Origin: an uncultured Nitrososphaerota archaeon
GTDB taxonomy: Archaea > Asgardarchaeota > Njordarchaeia > Njordarchaeales > Panguiarchaeaceae
Length of the DNA stretch: 64,000 bases
Reading direction: 5' to 3'
Assembly (NCBI GenBank): GCA_964636085.1
Contig: CAZWPQ010000002.1
Span: forward strand, 26,401 to 90,400
Positions 19,859-32,100 of the stretch are shown here, piece by piece. A program made the translations under genes and the position numbers. Under the pieces are notes generated by a model. That model ran no database searches and was not told the DNA's origin. It saw only the letters and a program-made list of their open reading frames with translations. Position 1 is the first letter of the stretch, and every line of letters begins with the position of its first letter.

Positions 19859-22800
19859 TTGACTACGAAAGCCTTAATTCTTGGGGCTTTTCGTAGTCAA
19901 GAAGATTCGATGGTGAAGAGTTTGAGAAAGTATAATCAATATTTGTGTTCTCTAATAATTGTCGCTATGTTGGCTACGTATGGTGTATATGGTAGTGTGA
20001 TGAGGATCGCGAATGATGCAAATAGTAGGACTACTACTGCTCATGGGTCGAGTGCCAATAACATGGGTATAATGGAGCATAAGCTTGTGATCGGTTATGA
20101 TGCTACCTTCAGAAACTGTATAATAAATGGGACAGTGGAGATTAGAAACGGATCGAGAGTAATGTTCGAAAATGTAACATTCTATGCCGAATCCCTATAC
20201 TATTGGGTTGAGGGGAGAGAAAAGGGCTTTATAGAGGTCTATGACACTGCGGAGGTAATGATCAAAAATTCAAGGATTATAGCTACTTCGTGGTCCCCGC
20301 GAATATATGTCTATAATACATCAGGAATCACAATCGATAACGTGAGTATATACTCAACAATGGGAGGGATCAATATATATGCATATGGGGACTCAAGTGT
20401 AAATATCTATGATTGTAATGCCAGCACAACATTATACATATTCCTTCGTGACTATGCAGCGGCGATTGTGATTAACTCCTCAATATGGCAGATACTCGCA
20501 TACGATAATTCGGGCGTATACCTATACGAGAGCATTAATAACACATATATAGAAACACATGATTCCTCATTACTTTATGTATTCGGAGCAAAAATGGGGT
20601 ATGGCGACTATATAAGTGCGGGGGATAATAGCCATGTAGAAATTATAAACACTGTTTTTTCAAGCGGAGGAATAGCCTGTGATGGACATGCAAGCGTTCA
20701 AGCTACACAATCAGTATTGGACTATATAGTTGCGGAGGACGCGGCTAATGTCTCGCTTGTAAATACAAACGTATCAAATCTCTGGGCATACGATCACGCA
20801 GACCTGCATATCAGTGGTGGATACTTTAATTGGATAGATCTATATCATGTTCCTATGGCCGGAGAAGAAGCAATGCTGGGTCCAGGAGGGGAAATTAAAG
20901 ATGCGACCATCACAACGCTACATACATCCTCTGCAAGGATAATAAGACTTATTAACTGTTATGTCTCATCGCTTTATTATCTCGACATATTTAATGGCTC
21001 TTATGCATATGTATACGTTGGTGGCTATATATACGATAGTGCATACCCGAATTATGAGGCGTTAGGATCAACAATAGTCAATACTTATCATATATCAGGC
21101 GTGGCCGTTGGAAATAATGTAGACCTATTTGTGATCCATAGACCCATGAATCAAATCGTGGCTTTCAATGTAGACAGGCTTGAAATATACAATATTACTG
21201 ACACTGGTAGCGTTATTGCGTTATACACGAACTGCTATATATATAATATAAGTGTTTATGATGTAGAATTTGCCTTTTACGGGAGCAATGTAACAATAAA
21301 TAACCTAACATATAAGACTTCTGGCTTTTATTTCTCGTTTCTGGCCAGGGATTCAAACATAACCATATACGACTCCAACATAGAGTACATGGATATTAGT
21401 ATCTATGATTCGAAGGTATCGTTTAGGTCAGTTTTGATAAACAACTCCTATTTATTGATCGAAAACTCTAGTGGGACACTGGACTGCATAATGGATTCCA
21501 CGATTCCTGATCTCTCAGATAGTGATATAGTTTTCAACAACTCGGTTATTTCTTCGACACTACATATTTATAGGTCTAAGGTAGGTCTAATAAACACGAC
21601 GCTATATGATGTGATAATAGATGAGGTTCGCCTTGCCGACGGCGTTTTCAACATGACTGATGGAGTTATAATTTCCTACACCGTGGATATAATAAGTGGT
21701 CTATATGAAATAGAACCCTCCAATATTTATAGTGGATATATTTCTATTGACTACTTCGTACTTGATAATGCTTCTCTAGAGATAGATACCTATACGATCA
21801 ATGTAATAATGGGGGGATATGTGGATATAGATCTCTATAATTCCTCTAAGTTGTATCTAATAAATGTATCTGCCGTTTATCCAAGAGAGGTATGCATCAA
21901 TGTGTATAATGACTCTGCAATATATCTCTTCGATTCGGATGTCTACACTATATATGCTGAGGGGGATGTCTATATTGAGAACACAGGCGTGAACCAAATT
22001 GATATTCATAACTCGGACATAGAAATTTTCCACTCCCAAATCTCTGAATTGGAGATGGATAGCTCACGCCTCGTTGCGAACTATACCAACTTTTCAGAAA
22101 TAGAGATAATGTCAGGAGAGGTTATGCTTGATTCATGTTATGTTGATGATATGGGTGGTGGCGACTTGTTTGCATTCATGTTAAATGGAACGATCTGTGA
22201 TGCCAACATAACCATATTAAACTCAAATGTCTCTGGATATCATGCACTCCTAGGAGGCAATCTAACGATTAAAAACTCGAATGTTTCCGAGATATTTGCA
22301 GCATATCAATGGGTGGATATATATGACTCAAATATAGGATTCGCCCTAAATGTAAGCCTATTTACATCGGGATCCGCAACCATAAGCAACAACGTGATCA
22401 CGTCAGGGACATATATGGTTCTACTCCATAAGTATGGTACAACAGTCATAGGAAGCATGGGTTATGCTATTTCAATACTGCAAGATCCAGATGAACCACT
22501 TGTGGATTTAAGTATAGAAAATACTTTTGCTTACCCAGTAGTGGTTGCGCTGGGAGGGAGATTAGATATCGACAACTCGATGTTTATGATTGTATTTGTA
22601 AATACAGATACAGATTTTAGAGCCACAAATTCCATCATTAATGCCTCAGAAATGGAGGAAGTCCCAGTAATTTTGGTGGCGAGTACACTCTACATGGATA
22701 ATGTAACAATAATCTCAGAGATGCTTATACTTGCGGCATCGAATGATGCACAAATCCTCAACTCGGGATTTAATGTTGATGGTATATACATATATAATAC

Positions 22801-24037
22801 AACAATAACAATCACAAATACCGACGTAACGCCCTTTGCAGATCCAGATGGAACAGTCATTGCGAATTCCTACGTCTCTGTGGAGTATTCGACAATACTT
22901 GCAGCAACGTTATATGAATCCACACTTCATCTAAACGTAGTGAATGTCATTGACGCCAATGTAGAGGGTATTGTATTGTCCGAGGGATCCGTGCTGGATG
23001 GGGATAGTGTGAATGCATCAAATATACTAGCAGCCTACATGTTCAAGTATTACTTCATGATATTTACGATGGTCTCCACATACGATATCCCGGTAAGAAA
23101 TATAGATGTTCATCTCGTAAACTCTAGGATAATGGAGGGATACATCAAATATTATGTGGTTGATAATCCACTCGGCGCTGAATTTGATAACGAAACAATA
23201 ATGGGTTCATATAGTACTTTAACAAACTACTCAAACTCATACACGACAGGCGCGGTACCATATTTCGTTTTCAGAATCTCTGGGAGTGGACATGCCAACA
23301 TAACTAATTACAGGGGAGGAAATATAATACACTCCATAATGATCATGGCTACCCGGGACATTTCGCCGCCAGAAATAGCTGCACTTAATGCCAGTACGAT
23401 AGAATATGAGTATGGGCTAGAGAGGAAGTTGTGCTATGTGCTGAATGACGAGACGCCAACGAATTATAAGGTCTCTATCAATGATACAATCATCGAAACC
23501 GGCATATATACAAGTGGATATACGCTATGTGTGGACCTTGCCACATACATAACTTCTCCTGGTTATTATGTCGTTAAAGTATATGCCTATGATAGTGACC
23601 TAAATAGTGTATATACAACAACTTATGTTCGTGTACATCCCGCAGAGGCACCACTTATAACACTGGAGCCTAAGGATAATTACACGATTAATGTAGGTGA
23701 AGGAATAATACTTAACTGGTCGGCGACAGATCTTTCCCCCGATTTATATCAAATTATTGTCAATGGATCAAAGGTGGAGGAAAAATCTTGGGCGTCTGGC
23801 GAGGTAATATCGTATGAATATCAGGCAGAAGATGTTGGGAAGGTCAATATAACCATAGTATTCCAAGACCAGCTAGGGCTAAAGTCTACAGATACTGTAA
23901 TTCTAAATGTCACCAAGGCAACAACCACAAAGAAACCTATAACTTATATTGCCATAGGTGCCATAGCTTTTCTTGCTTTGGTAGTCGCCATAATATTACT
24001 AAAGAGGAAAGGAAAACCTATGAAGGAGGAGGAATAG
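19859..24037 (+). CDS. Membrane-anchored surface protein with a long beta-helix-like region and C-terminal Ig-like domains
   Basis: Signal-like N-terminus (probable start ATG 19910), recurrent I.(A/L)YD.S.V.I.NS units, many N-x-S/T sequons, C-terminal TM plus KRKGK. Confidence 0.8.
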   Translation: MTTKALILGAFRSQEDSMVKSLRKYNQYLCSLIIVAMLATYGVYGSVMRIANDANSRTTTAHGSSANNMGIMEHKLVIGYDATFRNCIINGTVEIRNGSRVMFENVTFYAESLYYWVEGREKGFIEVYDTAEVMIKNSRIIATSWSPRIYVYNTSGITIDNVSIYSTMGGINIYAYGDSSVNIYDCNASTTLYIFLRDYAAAIVINSSIWQILAYDNSGVYLYESINNTYIETHDSSLLYVFGAKMGYGDYISAGDNSHVEIINTVFSSGGIACDGHASVQATQSVLDYIVAEDAANVSLVNTNVSNLWAYDHADLHISGGYFNWIDLYHVPMAGEEAMLGPGGEIKDATITTLHTSSARIIRLINCYVSSLYYLDIFNGSYAYVYVGGYIYDSAYPNYEALGSTIVNTYHISGVAVGNNVDLFVIHRPMNQIVAFNVDRLEIYNITDTGSVIALYTNCYIYNISVYDVEFAFYGSNVTINNLTYKTSGFYFSFLARDSNITIYDSNIEYMDISIYDSKVSFRSVLINNSYLLIENSSGTLDCIMDSTIPDLSDSDIVFNNSVISSTLHIYRSKVGLINTTLYDVIIDEVRLADGVFNMTDGVIISYTVDIISGLYEIEPSNIYSGYISIDYFVLDNASLEIDTYTINVIMGGYVDIDLYNSSKLYLINVSAVYPREVCINVYNDSAIYLFDSDVYTIYAEGDVYIENTGVNQIDIHNSDIEIFHSQISELEMDSSRLVANYTNFSEIEIMSGEVMLDSCYVDDMGGGDLFAFMLNGTICDANITILNSNVSGYHALLGGNLTIKNSNVSEIFAAYQWVDIYDSNIGFALNVSLFTSGSATISNNVITSGTYMVLLHKYGTTVIGSMGYAISILQDPDEPLVDLSIENTFAYPVVVALGGRLDIDNSMFMIVFVNTDTDFRATNSIINASEMEEVPVILVASTLYMDNVTIISEMLILAASNDAQILNSGFNVDGIYIYNTTITITNTDVTPFADPDGTVIANSYVSVEYSTILAATLYESTLHLNVVNVIDANVEGIVLSEGSVLDGDSVNASNILAAYMFKYYFMIFTMVSTYDIPVRNIDVHLVNSRIMEGYIKYYVVDNPLGAEFDNETIMGSYSTLTNYSNSYTTGAVPYFVFRISGSGHANITNYRGGNIIHSIMIMATRDISPPEIAALNASTIEYEYGLERKLCYVLNDETPTNYKVSINDTIIETGIYTSGYTLCVDLATYITSPGYYVVKVYAYDSDLNSVYTTTYVRVHPAEAPLITLEPKDNYTINVGEGIILNWSATDLSPDLYQIIVNGSKVEEKSWASGEVISYEYQAEDVGKVNITIVFQDQLGLKSTDTVILNVTKATTTKKPITYIAIGAIAFLALVVAIILLKRKGKPMKEEE

Positions 24038-24249
24038 ACATATAAATATTCCTTTTTTATTCAAATTCTTGTCTCTAATATCACTAAATAACCCAATATT
24101 TTCTAATGAATTCTAATTATCTGTGGATAAACTAATTATATCTTAGAGCGTGTATGTAAAGGAGTCAATATATCTTTTTTTTTAAAAGAATATCATTATA
24201 TATACATGCTAAATCTATCAAAATATGTATGCGTCTTAAGGGGAGCTAG

Positions 24250-25572
24250 ATGCGTGGGAGTCGAAAGTATTTTCTCATTCTCTTATTCGGCATTATATTA
24301 GTCTCGATAACATATGTTGAGGCCGCTAACGGCTATCCTGACTGGATAAAAAAAGGCACCTATGCCAAGTACTCAGGCACTATATATGGTGGTGGTGAAG
24401 TAGAGGAAGAAGTAGAATTTATAAGTGACGTCTATGGCAGTAAGGTATTGGTTAAATACTACGTGAAAGAGGTTCTTGGTGGCATGACATGGTCAAATAC
24501 CTCAATACTAGAGGTAGATGTCAATACGCGAGAAACAAATGTTACGATATTTGATCCATTTAGCGGTACAAATAAAACAGTATACTTCAACTTGTGGATA
24601 GAGCTGGATGTCGATGTAGGAGATTATGTCAATATCTCTATATGGACACTGAAGGTATCGTCTATTGGGGATAGGATAAAAGTTAAGGCATATTCATATA
24701 AAAGACAGACAATAAGGGTTTATGGTTCAGTTTATACATATTCTGGGTATAGTGTATATTGGGAACTATACTATGACAAAGACACGCATCTCCTCCTATA
24801 CATTCATACTTGGTTCGAGTATGGCTCACAATCTGTTGATACTCTTGAAGTAGAACTTGTGGACACAAATGTACCTCTTCCTCCCCTTCAAATTAGTCAA
24901 ACCGAATTGTCATGGTCAGCTATTAGCATGACGCTTGGTATAATTAGTGTTGCAGTAGTTATATATATGGGCACATTAATTGGGGCTGTGGGATACGGAG
25001 CTATACCTGCTTATGGGGCGGGTTGTCCTAGGGAAGGTATGGAGGGAGGAGGCCCTGCGGTATCTGTGGATCCAGAGAGGGCCAGTAGGTTATCTGGTCT
25101 GAAAAAATTTGGTGATGACATTCTCGACAAATTATTTAGATTCGCAGCGAAAAAGGCAATAGAGCGAGGGTCAGAAGTCAGAGAGCCTGATTCAAAGAAA
25201 GTTACAGCATTTTTAGTTGTCTTGGCTGCGGTTATCGGAGGGCTACTTGGTGTATACTTTGGTTTTAAAGAAATCCGTAGTTTTATCTCACTCATAATGC
25301 CCTCCATAGGAGTAACACTTGGCATGCTTGGTTTTATTGTCATGATCCTACTATTTCTAGGATGCGCCCTTGGAGTATTTAGGTTCTGGAAACTCTACGT
25401 GCCAATACTATTGCTAATACTCACAGTACTGGAACTGATAGGCCTATTCTTCTCAACAATGACCCTTGTAAATATGTTGGGTATAATAGCTGTGGCAATC
25501 ATCCTGCCACTGTATACTGTTGCCTTTCTTGCGGGGATAATGCTATTCTCAACAGTAATTCCCACACTATAA
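24250..25572 (+). CDS. Membrane protein: exported beta-rich N-domain plus about 5 TM helices
   Basis: Signal peptide, YPDWIKKGTYAKY...YYDKDTHLLL domain, hydrophobic C-terminal helices. Confidence 0.8.
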   Translation: MRGSRKYFLILLFGIILVSITYVEAANGYPDWIKKGTYAKYSGTIYGGGEVEEEVEFISDVYGSKVLVKYYVKEVLGGMTWSNTSILEVDVNTRETNVTIFDPFSGTNKTVYFNLWIELDVDVGDYVNISIWTLKVSSIGDRIKVKAYSYKRQTIRVYGSVYTYSGYSVYWELYYDKDTHLLLYIHTWFEYGSQSVDTLEVELVDTNVPLPPLQISQTELSWSAISMTLGIISVAVVIYMGTLIGAVGYGAIPAYGAGCPREGMEGGGPAVSVDPERASRLSGLKKFGDDILDKLFRFAAKKAIERGSEVREPDSKKVTAFLVVLAAVIGGLLGVYFGFKEIRSFISLIMPSIGVTLGMLGFIVMILLFLGCALGVFRFWKLYVPILLLILTVLELIGLFFSTMTLVNMLGIIAVAIILPLYTVAFLAGIMLFSTVIPTL

Positions 25573-25620
25573 CCAATTTTTCTTTTTTTAACCTAATCCC
25601 TAGTATTCCTTATATTACCA

Positions 25621-25788
25621 CTAAGAGAAGTTTATGTAGTGGGTTTGGGGTTCTTCTATTTGAGAAGAGATTCTTGGGTTGGCTTGTGTTATTTCAATTG
25701 TCGCTACGGCCTGTAGAAATTCTTCTGGTCTAAGTATTCTTACATATTTTGTACGTACTCTGAGTAGCTTTTCTTTGTATCTTTTCAT
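25621..25788 (-). pseudogene. Possible C-terminal fragment of a PIN-domain toxin
   Basis: 55-aa frame containing VRILRPEEFL, which resembles the I..P.EFL C-terminal motif of PIN_3-type proteins. Confidence 0.3.
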
Positions 25789-26179
25789 GATATATAACAT
25801 ATAAGTTGCAATAAATTACGAAGACATTCAATCTTAGGATTCTGTATGAGCTAGAACAATAGACGATTCTGTAGCCCTACTCATAAATACGGCAATAAGA
25901 ATCCATGATGTGCTCTTAGAAGTGCCGAAAACATACAGACGGATACATATGGTCCGTGTAAAACAATAAATTGATATTACATAAATTTCTAGGATCGTCG
26001 ATGCTAAATAATTCGCGAAAAGTTTTACTGTATTAACACCAACATAGCTCGTCTATATATTCAATTTTTTCCTTTATATATTCTTTTTGTATCTTAATCA
26101 AAACGCCCAATTAGAAATCGATCGCATAATGTCGGTTTCTAATTGGGTCCTAAACATAAAAACTGTGTGGGTGTAACTA

Positions 26180-29100
26180 TTGGTAAGGGGGAAGCTGGCC
26201 TGTCTATTATTAATATTGGCGATTTTGACGCCCAGACTAGTCGTTTTTAACGATTTTGATGGGGTTTCTAGTGTTGAGTCTAAAGGAACAGAGGACGATT
26301 TTGTTGACATATGTTTGTTCTACAGCGAGTATAATTCTCTACTTGGGAGATCATCCGAGAGACTGTACTTCAATATAAGGTACATATATCCACATGTTGA
26401 CTTGTGTGGTGTGCGTAGTATTTATGATATAACGCTGAAAGCCGATGATTACGACATACTTATCTTGATGTTCAATACTACACGGGACTCCGTTATCGTA
26501 GGTAATACACCACTATCATGGGGCGAATTTGTGGATTTTCTACGCATGTATCCTGATAAGGAAATCATACTCTTACTGGGCAACTCCTACATGCTGAATG
26601 AGACAAGCGATAATTGGCATTTTGAAAGCGTAGAATATGATAGTATCTATGCATATGAGACCTATGGCGTCTGGAAGGTTGCCAAGATATTCGAATCCCT
26701 AGGCCCAGAATATAAATGGTACGCATTAAAGTTGAAGGAGAGCGCGCTCAGCTATTACTTCGATAACATAGACAGAATATTCGAATCAAAAATTACGCCA
26801 TCACAAGTAATTGGAAGCAGGGATGAGGAGTATAGAAAGGCAAAAATAGAGGAATACCTAAGAGAACATCCCTCCTCCCTTAGGGTCAGGGTAGCCGATG
26901 AGAAAAACCCCAATGGCCCAATAATATACATTAGAAATTTTGCTAAGAATTCAGATGGATATGACTACTTACCATTCCCCAAGATGTCCGGGATTGCAAG
27001 TTCTATCGGGGATTTCATTGACGAGGTGCTGGGCTTCTTATCTGGCAATGGTTGTGATTTTCTAACAATAAATTTCTCGGTGATAGATCAAATCGTAGAT
27101 GCATTTAAATCCGTATATGATTTTATTGGCGACCCCGCAAAAATGGGGGAGGGATCGCTGCTCAAGGGGTTCCTAGGCTCGCTGATGCAAGAGTTTCCAT
27201 ACATTGAGAACTATACAAAATACTTGGATCTTTTTATGGACGGCTTCTATGCCCTCAAGGGCGACATAAGTTCCATACTGGACTTCCTAATGGGGGCCAT
27301 CGATCTAGTCTTTCCTTCGGGAACGGGAGTGGATGAGTATATAGAGCAATTAAAATCCATAGCGGGGGAGATATTATCCATAACTGACCAAGTAATGAAT
27401 CTTTACCAGAGAATCACCAGCAACAAAATTAGCATGGTTCTCCAGTATATAATGGGGAAAATCACCAATATTACGATCCAAGAATTCCTAAAAAACATGA
27501 CTGGAATAACAGATTTTGACTCGCTATATAACAGATTGAGCTCACTGTTCTCCATTGGCATGCAGATATTTACACTCCAAAACATAACAGATTTCGCCTC
27601 AAAATTGTTCAAATTTATAACGGAGGACTTGAATATCTTTGATTATCCCGACATTGGCGACATAGCAGGAAAAATAAAGTCTATAATATCCCTAGCATTA
27701 TCGTTTCTAGAGAAAGAAAAATCATCTCTATCGCAACTACTGAGGGACGCCATAACCTCATTCATAGGCGAGTCATATATATCGGACATAGAGAAAATGG
27801 TTGATGATATACTGGATGAAGTTGATGATGCCATAAAAGAGGCAGAATCTGATATAGAGGGCTTTAGGTCACGCATAGAGGACATCATAAACACTTATGT
27901 CTCTAATTTCCCCGATCTGGAAGAGGTAAGAGAGATACTAAGAGAAGTAATAACACTGATAACTGCGATCTCAAACCCCGGATTTGATATCTCAGAGGCT
28001 ACTAGCCTCATAGAAATATTTGAGGATATACTAGAGACCTATCTTTCTGGATATGAGGATGATATCAATCGTTTATTCTTAATATTGAACTCCACTGTAA
28101 TCCCAATAGGGCTTCTAAATGCTCCATCAAGACTACAGAAGGCATTTCTAAAACAATTAAACCCATTATTGGACATGCGGCAAAATGTCCTAAGATACCT
28201 AATAGAAACGGTAAAGAGAATAATAATGGATACGGAGGAGTACGTTCAGATAGAAGATGTGCTGAAGTACATAGAGAATGGAACAACAATAATCAGCGCA
28301 ATACTTAACATAATCTCGGAGGTTAGGGAGAGACCATTCGATGGGATAACGTCGGCCCTAATGTTTGCTGCGTCCATCACACAGACCCAGTTATTTGGCA
28401 ATATGACTATAGGAAATCTGACGACATTTCTAATGGCATTATTACCGGATCTAATGGGGCTAGATAGGGTACCATCTTTGGAGGAATGTAAGAATATGAT
28501 AATCAATGCTCTAAGTGGATTTAGTTCTCAAATAAAAACCACGGTTATTACGCTATTCGAGTTCCTGTATGACATTAGAGAGGTTATGAGGAATGGAGTA
28601 AAATGGTTTACAACAAAGATACTCGATTGGGTGGCTGGATATGTAGCGGACTTTGTTTCAGATCTTGTTGGGGAGATAGAGGATATAATAGACCAGTATA
28701 CGTTTCTTAATCTAGAGGGAGATATGAATTTTGGTTTTGCTGGGCTTGATGCTATTACATTTTCATACAAGATAGTTATAAGCGCTGGGGTCGACATTGA
28801 TGAGTCTGGACTAACTAATGATATTAAGGACATGATATTGAGGGGTAAGTATTTAGACTTCTTGAACCCGATAAAGGTTTTCGAAACGTTGATAGGCCAT
28901 GTAACAATAACGCCCATAATAGAGGCACAGATAAAGATGTCATCGATGGCTACGAATACAGATCTTCTAGGCGAAATTATAGGTCTTCTAGGAGCGGATA
29001 TAAGTATAGAAGGAGAGGCCAGATTTAAACTGGTATTGTTCTCATTCAAATCTGGTACCTTCGATATGAGCGAATTCCTAGACTTGAAGGAGTGGTATCT

Positions 29101-32100
29101 AATGTTCTCAATGTCCATATCAAAGACATTTTCAATATTTGACATAATCGGGGCGCCAGAATTGGCATCGGTAGCTGAGGATCTGGGTCTGGACCTGATA
29201 ACTGTTACTCTTACAATTGGATTCAAACTAGAAATAAACCTTGGATCTGAGAGTGAGGATAGTGGGGCACATTCCATATTGTCGCTAGAGATTACCGTGG
29301 CTGGAACACTCCACATAGGTATCGATGTAGTGATAGCTGAGGTCTCCATAGACTTCACACTATCTATATCCTTCACATTTACCATAGACACGTCAAAGCC
29401 AGACCCATTACTATTTGAGATATCAGTGAAATACAAACTCAAGATACATGCAGAATTCCTATTTGTAGGAAAGACATGGAAATTTGGTGGCACTATATTC
29501 ACATATCAATTCCCAGAGAACGAGTCGGATACCCCAGATAAGCATGCAGGAGGATTTGATGAGGATGCTGACGGCCTCCCAGATAACTTCGAGAAAGAAA
29601 ACTTTGGATTCTCACCCACAAGAGCAGACACAGATGAAGACGGTCTAGGCGATAATGAAGAGTTAAATGCGTATGGCACAGATCCACTGGATCCAGATAC
29701 TGATGGGGATGGATTGACAGACTATGATGAGATAAAGGTATATGACACTAATCCATTCATAAGAGACACTGATAATGATGGCCTGACGGATTATGAGGAA
29801 ACCATAATATATGCTACGGATCCCCACGAGGTGGATACCGATGGGGATGGATTAGATGACTATTTTGAAGTACACTATACATGGGACATTAGTAATGTGA
29901 CTATAAGCATTTCTGGAGTATCGATTGGTGGAGAAATATACTATGATCACACAGATCCTCTGAATCCTGATACTGATGGCGATGGGCTTCTTGATGGCCA
30001 AGAAGGGCCTCTAGGTGGCTATTATCTCCCATTTGCGTACGATTTTGGCGAAAACCCAATAATATTTAATTATGGCTATACGCATCCATTAGACAATGAT
30101 ACTGATGATGATTCATACATGCAGGAACCCGATGGATCTATTAGGGAGCCAAAATATTTCTTAAGATCTATGACCGATAAAGAAGAGATAGATGGCATTA
30201 CAGTAGTCTATATAGATCCCGAAGAGGGGCCGGTGCTAAGAACATTTAGGACAAATCCGATATGTCCAGACTCTGACCAAGACACTGGCAGTTCTACAAT
30301 ACTGTTGAGTGATGGATACGAGTTATCCCGAAATCCACCCTCAAATCCATTAAACGGAGATAGTGATGGCGATGGGATTATAGATGGTAATGAAGGTACG
30401 TCATCACCATATTCAAATAAGACAGATCGTCTAAACCCAGATACAGATGGAGATGGTCTTGGGGATATGCAGGAAATAGTTTTGGGTCTTGATCCAGGTG
30501 AGCCTGATACTGATGGTGATATGGTGTCCGATGGGGATGAGTTTATTAAATATGGCACGAACCCAAGGCTTTTTGATAGTGATAATGATAGACTTAGTGA
30601 CGGTGAGGAATTATTCTATTGGCACTCTAACCCAATGTTAAAAGATAGTGATAATGATGGTATAATAGATGGTGATGAGGTACTCATATACTTTACAGAC
30701 CCCATGGACGAGGATTCAGACAACGACAATCTTACAGATCCGATGGAGATATTTGTATACCATACAAATCCATTGGAGGCCGACAGTGATTATGATGGTC
30801 TTGTTGATGGAGACGAGATTTTCCTATACAATACAAGTCCACTGAACTGGGATAGTGATGGTGACTCCATACTATATCCAAACGAGACGGGAGATATAAC
30901 ATGGCCCATGAGTGATTATAGAGAAATATTCGTCTTTGGCACAGACCCACTAGACTCTGACACGGATAATGATGGCTTATCAGATGCGATAGAGACATAC
31001 TTGGCTAGCGGGAAAATACCCAACTTTGAACCAATAATGCTTGATGCAAATAATAACGATACTGATGGCGATGGGCTGATCGATGGCCATGAAATCCATA
31101 TTAGGAATATAAGCGATATCGTCTATCCCTACGTGAGCTTTATCATATATTATCCACTCAATTCATCGCCACTCCTAGTAGATACCGATGGTGACGGTCT
31201 CACTGACTATAGAGAAATAATGATATATGCAAGCAAAGCAAACTGTAATGATAGTGATGGTGATGGTCTCAGTGATTATGATGAGGTGGTCATCTATAAT
31301 ACCAGTCCAATATACTGGGACACAGATAAGGATAATATATCTGACTATGACGAGGTTAATGGTTTTGTTGCGTCGCTTGGCTATAAATTCCCAGATTTAA
31401 TGACGGTGTTCTATACAGATCCTGCTGATCCAGACACTGATGATGACTACTTGCCGGATGGATATGAGGCACAAGTACTCAGATCAAACCCCACAATAAA
31501 GGACGAGGATAATAATGGAATTGAAGATGGATTGGACTTTGATACAGATGGCGACATGTTGAGTGACGGATTGGAATTCTATGTATACAATACCTCATAC
31601 TATCCTGGTGGTGGTCCATTAAATCCTGATTCGGATCAGGACGGGCTTAGCGATGGATCAGAAGTATATGTCTATGGTACTGATCCAGCTGATCCCGATA
31701 CAGATGATGATGGTATATTGGATGGGGCCGAGGTAGCGGCTGGGACAGATCCACTATCATTTACATCGTGGGAAGAATATGTTGATGCTCTCAACATTTT
31801 GCTTGGGGGTAACTATATAAAGATACTGAGTCCTAGAGGCACCATTATTGATAAGTATACGAATGTTAGGGTGATTAACGGTACTACATTCACTGAGATG
31901 TGGTTTAGATATAAAAAGATTGGGGACGACTTTTCGAGTAATTACTCACTGGTCTATGATCCAGATTCGCTTCAATGGGTATATAGCGACATTGTCTGGG
32001 AAGAAGGAAACTATACCATAGAGGTATTTGGAAGAACTCCTGGAGGAGAAGTATTTAAAGCAACTGAGGAGTTCGGGTTCATCTCGGTCGAGAAGAAGAT

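Noticed and set aside
28528-29502. 324-aa minus-strand ORF (and similar antisense ORFs at 15692-16237, 47366-47776, 56856-57569)
   Set aside because: Ser/Ile-rich shadows of well-supported + strand genes
29560-31760. Periodic GAT/GAC-rich repeats that could suggest a CRISPR array or satellite
   Set aside because: They are degenerate protein-level DTDxDGL repeats inside a long ORF, with no constant DNA repeat and unique spacers
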